Origin: an uncultured Methylomirabilota bacterium
Lineage (GTDB): Bacteria > Methylomirabilota > Methylomirabilia > Methylomirabilales > 2-02-FULL-66-22
Reading direction: 5' to 3'
DNA length: 64,000 nt
Assembly (NCBI GenBank): GCA_963705305.1
Contig: OY970067.1
Location: 1,536,001 to 1,600,000, forward strand
Position numbers and translations under genes: made by a program. Position 1 is the first letter of the stretch. Every line of letters begins with the position of its first letter. The notes under the pieces were generated by a model that was not told the origin of the DNA, did not search any database, and saw nothing but the letters and a program-made list of their open reading frames with translations. Below, one piece after another: positions 52,660-63,804 of the stretch.

Positions 52660-54226
52660 TCAGCGGGGGCGTTCGAGGCCGAGCTTCTTGATGCGGGACT
52701 CGAGGGTGGTGGGCTTGAGGCCGAGCAGCTTGGCGGCTCCGGCCGGGCCGCGGATGTGCCAGCCGGTCTGCTCCAGCGCGGCCACGATCTGCGTGCGCTC
52801 GGCGTCGGCGAGGGTCGGTGGCGCGGCCACACTCGGGCCGGCGGTCGCCCCTAGCGGCACCCGGAGAGTCGAACCCTCGCTGAGGATGACTGCGCGCTCG
52901 ATCACGTTCCGCAGTTCCCGGATGTTGCCGGGCCAGGGGTAGCCCTGGAGCGCCGCCATCGTCTCCTGGGGGATCCGCTCCACGGGCTTGCCGAGCGCCT
53001 GGCCGAATTGCTTGGCGAAGGTCCAGACGAGCAGTGGGATGTCTTCCTGGCGCTCCCGAAGCGGCGGCACGGCGATCGGGAAGACATTCAGGCGGTAGTA
53101 GAGGTCCTCGCGGAAGGTGCCGTCCGCGACCCGCTTGGCGAGGTCCCGGTTGGTCGCGGCGATCACCCGGACATCCACCGTGAGGGTCCGGGTGCTGCCG
53201 ATCCGCTCCAGCTGCCCGTTCTCCAGGACCCGCAGCAGCTTGACCTGCAGCTCCAGCGGGAGCTCGGCGATCTCGTCCAGGAAGAGCGTCCCGCCGTGCG
53301 CCAGCTCGAACCGCCCGGCCTGGCGGGTCAGGGCCCCCGTATAGGCGCCCTTCTCCCGCCCGAACAGCTCGGCCTCGATCAAGGTCGGGGGGAGGGCCGC
53401 GCAGTTGACCGTGACCATCGCACGGTCCTTTCGCCGGCTCCGGCGATGGATGAGCTGCCCGAGCAGTCCCTTGCCGGTGCCGGTCTCCCCCAGCAGCAGC
53501 ACGGCGGTCTCGGTGGGGGCGACGTGGTCCGCCTGGGACAGCACCTGCTGCAGCGCCGGCGAGTTCCCCACGATCTCGCTGGGTTGCGCCTGGGCCGCCT
53601 CGCGCAGATAGGCGTTCTCGGCCTCGAGCTGCTGTTTCAGGCGCGTGGCATCGTCCAGGGCGCGCCGGAGCGCCTGCTCGCTCCGCTGGCGCGCCAGGGC
53701 ATTGGCAAAGATGTCCGCCAGGAGCTGCAGGCGCTGCACCAGGACGTTCCGGCCACTCGCGCTCGGTCCGGAGCGTGCCGAAGGAGAGCGCCCCGAACAC
53801 CCGCCCGCTCGCGGCCAGCGGAAAGATCAGGTTGGACTTCTGGTGGATCTTGCGGAAGGAGACCTGGTCACGCGTGGCCTCGGGGGGGAGCTCCGCCAGC
53901 GTCGCGAAGCGCACGGTCCCGCCCCGCAGCAGCGTCTGATGCACCCAGGGGAAATCCCGGATCGCAAAGAGCCCGGGCTGGGCCGCGAAGTCCGGCACGG
54001 CCCAGGCGTGTGTGATGACCAGGTCGTTCTCCGCCTCCGCCCGCTGCAGGAGGGTGCTGCGGTCCACCCCCAGCGCCTCGACGATGCGCCGCTGGGCCTC
54101 CTCAATCAGCCGGTCCACCTGCTCGGCCGGCACGTGGACGAAGCGGGCCGAGAGGTCGGCGAGAAGCGCCTCGAACCGCAGCCGCTCCTCCAACTCCGCC
54201 CGCAGGCCCTCTTCCGCCCGGGTCAT
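52660..54226 (-). pseudogene. Sigma54-dependent activator (GAF-AAA+-Fis HTH), frameshifted near 53747
   Basis: GAF N-terminus in one frame; [47 protein letters not shown] and HTH in another. Removing one A in CCGGAACGTC joins them (WPDVLVQRL). Confidence 0.88.
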
Positions 54227-54450
54227 GGCGCCACCCGCCGAGGGATGTGAAATTCGGGTAGTACCAAGATCCACACCTATTCGCTCTCCGCGCCGAGACA
54301 CCGTCACCACAGTTCGTCGCGACGGCACCTTACCCTGAAATTAGACCACAATAGCCTTAGTGCATTCAACCCAATTCAACCACCTCGCGGCGATGGCGTT
54401 GGCCGCGTCCCCTCTCTGCAGTGCGCCGCCTCTCCACTCCCCCTCCCCGT

Positions 54451-54600
54451 CCGATCCTTCGGAGCCTCTCCGATATATCGTGCGATTCCCGTCGCGATCT
54501 CCCGGGAGGCTTCATGCCGGCATCACCCCCCAACCGTACGATTCAACGCGACGGACACCTCCTGAGGCCACGGGAAAGCCAAATGGATTCGGCCTTGCAT
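54451..54600 (+). promoter_or_regulatory. Sigma54 module D (divergent from activator)
   Basis: CCGA-N4-TCGG-AGCCTCT-CCGA-N4-TCGT at 54451-54481; reverse AATCGT-N4-TTG at 54543-54531; TGGATTCGGCCTTGCAT at 54584-54600. Confidence 0.78.
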
Positions 54601-54690
54601 GCTTGCCGTGCAAGGAGGGTGCGCCCAGAGAAGCCTGACGAGCCCCATGCCGGTGTCGATGGAAACACGTCACTCACGGAGGAGAAGACC

Positions 54691-55104
54691 ATGGAACAAG
54701 ACAGAGGCGACAAGGGAAGGGAGCAGCAGAGGAAGGCGAGCATGGGAGAGCGGTGGGGGGACGCCCAACCGACGAAAACAATCGCCTTCTGGTTGTGCGT
54801 GGCCTCGATCGCGCTCACGATGATCGTCGGCTTCGCCTGGGGCGGATGGGTCACGGGGGCGACCGCCCAGAAGATGGCGGAGACCAGGGCGGACGATGCC
54901 GTCGTCAATCGCCTGGCCCCGATCTGTGTCGTCCAGTTCAACCGCGATCCGGCGAAAGTCGAGAAGCTCGCGGAACTGAAGGGGACAGACTCGTGGCAGA
55001 GAGACGGGTACATCGAGAAGCAGGGGTGGGCGACCATGCCCGGCGAAGAGAAGGCTGACAGCAACGTCGCCGGGGCGTGCGCCCGGCTACTGCTGCCCAG
55101 TTAA
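54691..55104 (+). CDS. Membrane-anchored hypothetical protein, paralog B
   Basis: Paralog of 40002-40421; GGAGGAG RBS. Confidence 0.85.
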   Translation: MEQDRGDKGREQQRKASMGERWGDAQPTKTIAFWLCVASIALTMIVGFAWGGWVTGATAQKMAETRADDAVVNRLAPICVVQFNRDPAKVEKLAELKGTDSWQRDGYIEKQGWATMPGEEKADSNVAGACARLLLPS

Positions 55105-55517
55105 GTAACGCTCGTGGACTTGTGCCGTCGCGGTGGCCCCAGGCCAGCTGCTCCCCCTGCTCGCCCTCGGGCCACCCGTCGAGGAGTCGGCGCGTGGAGT
55201 CAGCCCAGAGGGTCCGGACTGTCCAGGTCGGTCGAGAAGACCTCGAGGAGCGCCCAAGACCGGATGGCCCCGGAATTCCCACCCCCTGGATCGCCTGAGC
55301 AGCCTGAGATTCCTGTCAAGAGAACCTGAAGATCGTCTGTCCGCAGGGCTGACCGGACTAGTCTATTTCAGGCGAGGGCGCACCAGTAAGATCCTGGTTT
55401 CACGCCGTTTGCAGGAAGGCATGTGGGCCTGGACGGGGGTTTTGGCGGACAACAACGCGACGCTGCGATCCAATCAACCTGGATGCCTGTGGGCCCACCC
55501 ATCCATTGCACAATTAG

Positions 55518-55678
55518 GGTGCCGGGGGAGCGGACCGCCAATTGAGCAAGACAGATTTCCCCCAGAAGGGATTGCCTCTGAAGCGAGACCTGAGGACCTT
55601 TGGAGCGCAGAGATTAGCGGGCGTCTTCGGCGCTGAAGGCCGAGGACGTTTGCGCAAGGTAGGGCCGTGCAAGCGCGG
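55518..55678 (+). repeat. 161-bp direct repeat, copy 2
   Basis: Matches 21157-21317. Confidence 0.95.
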
Positions 55679-55857
55679 GACGAATTGGGAGGCGGGAATC
55701 GGGACTACGGGATCCGAGCCACCCGTGGATTCAAAGCGCCTGCACAGGCTTCCCAGGTGGCGAACGTCGGTTGTGGATCCCCAAATGGTTCCGGCTGGTA
55801 CGGTGTTTTGTGACCCGGCATCGATGTTTCCAGCATAGTTTTCACCGAAAGATTCAC

Positions 55858-55886
55858 TTGACATAATCTAAGTTTAGACATACTCT
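55858..55886 (+). promoter_or_regulatory. Sigma70 promoter with AT-rich inverted repeat (candidate Fur/PerR box)
   Basis: TTGACA-N17-TACTCT; TCTAA-GT-TTAGA in the spacer. Confidence 0.7.
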
Positions 55887-55895
55887 TAATTTACC

Positions 55896-56291
55896 ATGGA
55901 GGACATGCTAAAGAAACTGGCTGCCCACGGGATTCAGCCGACCCCGCAAAGAATTGCCGTGGCGGAATACGTCTTGAATACCCTGAACCATCCGACCGCG
56001 GACGAGGTGTGGATGAACGTGCGCGACCGCTGCCCGACCCTCTCGCGCGCAACGGTCTACAACACGCTCAACCTGTTCGCCGAGAAAGGCCTGCTCAGGA
56101 CACAGTTCCTGAAGGAAGGCGTCGTGGTCTTCGATCCGCACGTCGCGCCGCACCACCACTTCATCGATGAAGAAACTGGCAACGTGTTCGACATACCCTG
56201 GGACGCCGTGAAGGTCACGGGCGAGAAATCCCTCCAGGGCCTCGAGGTCAGGGAATACCAGGTCGTGCTGCGCGGTCGGAGGCGGAAGTAG
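55896..56291 (+). CDS. Fur/PerR-family repressor
   Basis: TPQR, HPTADEV, SRATVYNTL, PHHHF; lacks CxxC motifs. Confidence 0.9.
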   Translation: MEDMLKKLAAHGIQPTPQRIAVAEYVLNTLNHPTADEVWMNVRDRCPTLSRATVYNTLNLFAEKGLLRTQFLKEGVVVFDPHVAPHHHFIDEETGNVFDIPWDAVKVTGEKSLQGLEVREYQVVLRGRRRK

Positions 56292-58619
<2,328 letters not shown>

Positions 58620-58699
58620 CCTCAAAGGATAGGCCTGAAAGGTCTTATGCTGAGCCTCGACCTGGCGTCCGGTTCTCCCGGACCAGGTCGAGGTTCAGT

Positions 58700-58845
58700 G
58701 AACCTGCCGCTTCCTTTTTGACCTCGCGCGTCGCCCGGTAGCGATCGAACACGATTTTCTGGGCCGCGTCCGGGACGCAAGCCGCAGTCGCCGGGATGTA
58801 CGGCCCCCACCTGTCCATAACGACAAGCAGGACGCGGTGGCCCAA
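58700..58845 (-). pseudogene. ISL3-family transposase fragment
   Basis: VVMDRWGPYIPA...VPDAAQKIVFDRY resembles the ISL3 MDMW.PY / IVFDRFH motif. Confidence 0.65.
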
Positions 58846-59299
58846 TGGGCCGTGAGTGGTCAGCGTCCCAACCGGGACACCGAATCAAACGATAGTGGTT
58901 CCCCTCACAAACTACGCCGATCCGGGACGCGTCTCAAGATTATCCTTGATGGACATGGAGCGGGAGAATACTCATTCATGGGATCTAGGAGTTCATGCTC
59001 AGAGGAGAATCGAACCCGGCCGACGATTTCCTAGATCCATCAAGGGGTTACGGCCGGGATGCCTTTCCCGGCGCGATTCGAACCCGCGTTTATGCTACGA
59101 CCACGTTTTCGCCAATGTTTTCAGACGGTTATGAGATGGAGAGTGATGAAAAACTGGGTACGACTAAAACACGGGGGGTGGTTGTGGCTCGCCAATACGA
59201 GGGCCGCAGTTGGGGCTTTGGATGGGTCCCCACATCACGGCAACGAATAGTAGTAGGCTTGCCCCCCATGTTTCCGGGGTGGGTAGGCCAGCCCTTACC

Positions 59300-59974
59300 T
59301 CATACCCACTTTCTTAGCGAGTGCCTTTTGGCCCGAGTAGGCATCACTCGTGAGAGAAACCGACGTAGAGGCCATCTTGCCAGGCGAAACAGACGAATAT
59401 CGAAATCGCTGATATCCTTGCAGCGTCTTTGCCTGATAATGGAATACACGTCGTGCGCGTCCAGGTTGTTTTCAGAAAAGGCAGCCGGCTTCCGCGCCTT
59501 AACAAAAACGCCGGGGCCGCGAGGATCCCTTTCGACGACCTCAATCGAGAGGTCGGAAAATATCACTCTTGCATCATCCACTTCAAAGCGCCAGAAGTCA
59601 TGCGGGTACGCGTGGTAGCCCCATCCTTGCGACCGCGTTGTCAACAGCAGGATTCCATCCGGCTTCAGAACATTTTTCAAGTTGGAAGCGGCATTCCGCC
59701 AGTTGCGAACATGTTCGAATAGCTCAGTGCAGATCACTACGTCGAAGCTCTCCTTCCCATAACGGGAAGCTACATCGCAGATATCACATATATCGTCGAC
59801 ACCCGGACCCTCCACAATGTCAACACCCAAATAGCTCGAAGGTCGAAGAGCTTCAACAATTCCCCTCAGCGAGCCATTGACGTCAAATGCTCCCACTTCG
59901 AGGACCTTCTTCTTCGCTACCTCGTCGGAGGAGAGGTGGGACCTCCCAAACTGGAGGCAGGCTGCGTTGCACAT
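59300..59974 (-). CDS. Class I SAM-dependent methyltransferase
   Basis: [35 protein letters not shown]. Confidence 0.88.
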   Translation of the reverse strand: MCNAACLQFGRSHLSSDEVAKKKVLEVGAFDVNGSLRGIVEALRPSSYLGVDIVEGPGVDDICDICDVASRYGKESFDVVICTELFEHVRNWRNAASNLKNVLKPDGILLLTTRSQGWGYHAYPHDFWRFEVDDARVIFSDLSIEVVERDPRGPGVFVKARKPAAFSENNLDAHDVYSIIRQRRCKDISDFDIRLFRLARWPLRRFLSRVMPTRAKRHSLRKWV

Positions 59975-60246
59975 AAGCTGTCCTTCGGGCTTCTAATACG
60001 TCTTTTGCCGATGCAAGCCCCCCGCGTAGGGCTGGGGCTCCTCCTGTCGATTCTTAATGGGTGATGTGTTCGGGGGATTGCGCCAGAAGCGTATCGAAGG
60101 ACTCGACTGGTGTCAACAGCGGACGCTGCTGTCCCGGTAACGCGGGGGGCTGCCAATGCCGGAGGGATGGGGTGCCAAACCCGCGTTGATTGCCCCTGTA
60201 CTATCCCTGCTGTAGAATCAATAAGTTAGTTGACCGTCGGACAAGC

Positions 60247-60281
60247 CTTTAACCCCCGGGCTGCTAACCCGGGGGTTAAAG
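60247..60281. repeat. Perfect 14-bp inverted repeat
   Basis: CTTTAACCCCCGGG-CTGCTAA-CCCGGGGGTTAAAG. Confidence 0.8.
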
Positions 60282-60578
60282 TTTGTATGGGCAGGTGGAC
60301 AAGGAGGGACGCGTTATCGGCTGGCGAGGGCGATGACGCCGACGGCATTGGAACCCGAGTTATGGTTACGGCCACGTCTTCGCTTACGGATTCAGGAAGT
60401 TACACAGGGCGAAAAGGTCGAAAAATGGGGACGGACAAAACAGGGGCGTGCTTTTTTGGGAAGACCGATCTGGAGTGATACTAGTTCGACTCCTAGTTGC
60501 GTCCGCTAGTGGGTGAATGTCGGGACTGGCAGGGGACGTTTGAAATGGTCAAATGAAAACCGCCCCCAAGGTAAGCAC

Positions 60579-61241
60579 CTAAGAATCCATGAAAGCCTCA
60601 ATAAAAGCTGCAAATGACTTTATGTGTCCAGTCTCGCTTAAACGCGCGTGAATCTGTCGAAAGTACTTCTCATGGCTAATAACGCGTGGGTTACCTTTCG
60701 TATAGATTAATCTTGGATATCGGTCCTTCAACATTCTTTTGAGGTAAACGAAAGCAGATTGAGAGCGATTCAACTCCTCTGCGAGAGAAGGAAGAAGTTC
60801 TGGGTCTTGTTCTCGTACGTCATACATCCTGAGGTATTGCCTCAATATCACGTCTTGAGGGTGGCGACGGCACACTATGCGATTACCAAGAGCCCACGTT
60901 TCCAAACAAGGACATTGAACTATTAATCGTAGCTTCTGAGGGTCAAATCGGCCCCTTAGATATTCGAATATTTCGGTTACCTTCTCTTCGTAAGAAAACT
61001 CCTCTGCGTCAACAGCTACAACTAACACATCTATAGCAGCATTAGAATTGCAGTCCTCTACTGCGGAGTCGATAATTTTGAAATACCGTGGGTATCCGTT
61101 TCCCGAAATTAAGAAGTAGTTGTTCTTTACTATATCACTCACGGAAAATACTTGGACCAAATTAGGCTTGATAATTGACAGCCACTTGGGATAGACAATT
61201 CTCTCGCCACTCTTACCTTCAACAACTACGTATAGGTTCAT
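60579..61241 (-). CDS. TOPRIM-like protein (DUF4276/DUF4435-like)
   Basis: VVVEGKSGE, VAVDAEE, CLETWALGN; start overlaps ATPase stop (ATGA). Confidence 0.6.
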   Translation of the reverse strand: MNLYVVVEGKSGERIVYPKWLSIIKPNLVQVFSVSDIVKNNYFLISGNGYPRYFKIIDSAVEDCNSNAAIDVLVVAVDAEEFSYEEKVTEIFEYLRGRFDPQKLRLIVQCPCLETWALGNRIVCRRHPQDVILRQYLRMYDVREQDPELLPSLAEELNRSQSAFVYLKRMLKDRYPRLIYTKGNPRVISHEKYFRQIHARLSETGHIKSFAAFIEAFMDS

Positions 61242-62368
61242 TCAATTCCGTCCGTATAAAATGGGTCATTAAGTAATTGGGTAAATTGTTCTTGCTTGGA
61301 TCCTTTGTATTTCTCCTTCACCTCCCTACCGCTTTTGATCCTCACTGAAAGTCCTTTGCGATGAAAGATATGCCAGTCTTCAATAGGAATGTTGTTAATA
61401 ATGTACGGATGGTGGCTGGTAATTATAAATTGACATTTGTCGGATATCGAATAAATAAGGTCGGGGAGAAAGTTGATTGCGTTGACACCTAATGAGTTTT
61501 CATACTCGTCAATAAGCAAAATCCCTGAATCTCGCATTAGAAATAAGTCAAGTATTAGTAGAAACAGTTTTTGCATGCCGGATGAGATATCATTGACAGG
61601 AACCCAGTCGTTAATGTTCTTCTCCTTGATGCAAAACACTGGGGCTATTAATGGCATTGCTGCAGACTCAAATACTTGCGAAAAACTGTGTATGGTTGTC
61701 TCTGAAATGAATGGAAACGCCTGTTTGTACAGATCGGTGATTGCATGATACATGTTAGAGTCAAGTGCCTTTAAGAGGTTCATTCTATTGTGGAAATCCA
61801 TGGGCTCGGCCAGAAGGAGTTGAACGTCCTTTTTTGCAAGTAGTTGTTTCTCGGCGTCTGGTGCGAGTGCGCCAAACTGAAAATTATTGCTTAGGTCGGT
61901 GCCATAGAACCTTCTAGCGACAATTCTGCGAAATCCATTATAGAGATCGCGGATCTCAGGTTCATCTTTAAGCAATGAGATAGCGGAAATATTCGTTGAT
62001 AATTTGGGCAACTCGATATCTTTCCAATGGAATGCCTGCCGATCTCTCCTGGCCAGTACTTGATTATTGTCTTTCCAAATCAATTCTTCGTTGACCACCT
62101 CCTTTTGGTTGATGCGTGAGGGAGAGGTCTGAACTAGTAGCTTGTAATTATAGACCTTGCCGTTAATTGAAACATCAGTATCCCAGTCACCCTCGTACAG
62201 TAATGTGTCCGACACGATTTGTTTTGTGAAGTTGACTATTGTGTTGAGGAATCTGGACTTACCGGTAGCGGAGTCGCCTACTAGGAGGTTGACTCTCGCG
62301 AAAGCAACCTCATCAAACTGCCATCCATCATGTGTTCCGCTGGAAAGCTTGTATCTGAGTAATTGCAT
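61238..62368 (-). CDS. ABC/SMC-type ATPase (AAA_15/AAA_21-like)
   Basis: Walker A GDSATGKS, signature ISSGMQK, Walker B LLIDEYENSL, H-loop TSHHP; no TM partner. Confidence 0.88.
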   Translation of the reverse strand: MQLLRYKLSSGTHDGWQFDEVAFARVNLLVGDSATGKSRFLNTIVNFTKQIVSDTLLYEGDWDTDVSINGKVYNYKLLVQTSPSRINQKEVVNEELIWKDNNQVLARRDRQAFHWKDIELPKLSTNISAISLLKDEPEIRDLYNGFRRIVARRFYGTDLSNNFQFGALAPDAEKQLLAKKDVQLLLAEPMDFHNRMNLLKALDSNMYHAITDLYKQAFPFISETTIHSFSQVFESAAMPLIAPVFCIKEKNINDWVPVNDISSGMQKLFLLILDLFLMRDSGILLIDEYENSLGVNAINFLPDLIYSISDKCQFIITSHHPYIINNIPIEDWHIFHRKGLSVRIKSGREVKEKYKGSKQEQFTQLLNDPFYTDGIE

Positions 62369-62705
62369 GTGTCCACTCCTGGAATAGTCGGTAGTTCTAC
62401 AGTGGGGCTACGACTGGGTACCAAGTTTGTTAAAATTAGACGGCGAGGAAAAATCGAAAGTGTTTTGTTAGAGCCTCCTCGACGTTGAGGGCGTCTGGAT
62501 TTCAGTCTGGTTATGTGGGAGTCTGGGCCTATACTGCATCATCACCCACACGGGTGGATCTTGGCGAGGGCAAGTTGAACGGCGCGGAAAGTAGTAGAAG
62601 TGTAGCGACGGTGGGGCACAATGTCAACGGCAGAGGTCGGAATTGCAGCGAGGGTGAGGGATATAGGAGCAAGGGGGGTCTGATTCTGACGTCGTGGAAA
62701 AATAC

Positions 62706-62738
62706 TTGACACCTCTTCGCACTAGTGTACACTAGTGC
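62706..62738 (+). promoter_or_regulatory. Sigma70 promoter overlapped by a perfect 20-bp palindrome
   Basis: TTGACA-N16-TACACT; GCACTAGTGTACACTAGTGC at 62719-62738. Confidence 0.75.
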
Positions 62739-62761
62739 ATATCGGAAGGAGGTGAGGCGTG

Positions 62762-63043
62762 ATGGCGGTTGGCCCCGGAAAGACGCGGATCATCGTAACG
62801 GTGGATGCAGATGTGGTGGAGGACGTGCGGAAGCTCTTGGAGGAGTTGGGTTTTCGGCGAGAGTACCTGTCAACGCTGATTAACGATTCGCTGAAGGCCC
62901 AACGGGTGGCGTTCGGGCGGCTGGTCAAGGAAAAGAGGAAATTGAAGGGAAAGCAGAAATCGTTCGGGATGGGGGAATTCGTGGACCTGGTCTTCGGTGC
63001 GGTGGATGATTTGAAAGCGGCCGAAAAGAAGGGGAAGCTCTGA
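62762..63043 (+). CDS. Small protein, possible ribbon-helix-helix regulator
   Basis: AAGGAGGT RBS; KTRIIVTVDADVVEDVRK...LSTLINDSL. Confidence 0.65.
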   Translation: MAVGPGKTRIIVTVDADVVEDVRKLLEELGFRREYLSTLINDSLKAQRVAFGRLVKEKRKLKGKQKSFGMGEFVDLVFGAVDDLKAAEKKGKL

Positions 63044-63287
63044 AAAGGGGGTGATCCAAGGTGGGGGCGAGGTCGAAGGGAAGGAGGGCAGGGGGACCAC
63101 CCAGCCGAGCGATGCTGTGTGTCCTGGAGCGTGCGGTGGAGTCGGCAGGGCCAGGGGGCGTCGTAATGACGGTATGGACGCCTGGGCGGACATTCGGGGC
63201 AAAGGACCAGGGAGAGCTGCGCGAATACCTCATGGAGAAGTGGGGGGCAACCTTCGCGGGGAGCATCGGACGGAGGGGGGTCCTGAG

Positions 63288-63689
63288 GTGAGGGGGGAGG
63301 TCGGAACGTTGAACCGGGGGCATCCTGGAGGGTCGGTTTTGATCGTGTGCGTAGAAAATTCGGCCCTGGGCGAAGAACACCCAGCGCGGGCGGCTGCGGG
63401 GGGCACCCGCCCGCGCACGCACCAGGGACCAGCGAGGGCCGAGGCCGGCGACGCGAGGCCGGCCCCCCGGGCCAGCGCGGAGCCGGTCCGGCCCGGACGG
63501 TCGGACACCACCACGCCCAGTCATCGACAGACACCCGCCGGCAAAGAGCCCTGCTATCTGGTGGAGTGTCCCATCTGTGGAGGCCAGGTGGATCATGGTG
63601 GGTCGGAGTCGATCGCGTGGGCGTGGGCGACGGTGCATGACGAGGTGGAGGGGCACGAGGTCGGGACGGCGTACGTGGTGAGGGCCTAA
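63288..63689 (+). CDS. Hypothetical protein with CxxC...HxxxxxH zinc-binding-like motif
   Basis: VECPICG...HDEVEGH; GTG start overlaps the stop of ORF 63061-63291; start uncertain. Confidence 0.4.
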   Translation: MRGEVGTLNRGHPGGSVLIVCVENSALGEEHPARAAAGGTRPRTHQGPARAEAGDARPAPRASAEPVRPGRSDTTTPSHRQTPAGKEPCYLVECPICGGQVDHGGSESIAWAWATVHDEVEGHEVGTAYVVRA

Positions 63690-63804
63690 ACAAAGAGGCG
63701 GCCCCCCGGAAGAGCCGAGGCTTCCAGGGGGCCAGGTGGGGGGAGGTGTGATGAGTCAGTCACAAGCCCCACCATATGAGACGGTGTTGGTAGCACCGTC
63801 CCAC
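63688..63804 (-). ncRNA. Candidate ~115-nt three-hairpin small RNA
   Basis: Promoter TTGACT-N17-TACGCT (63840-63812), three consecutive stem-loops, U-rich tail. Confidence 0.6.

Noticed and set aside
55358..55365. CTAGTCTA matching the IS630 junction sequence
   Set aside because: Only 8 bp with no extension; expected by chance.
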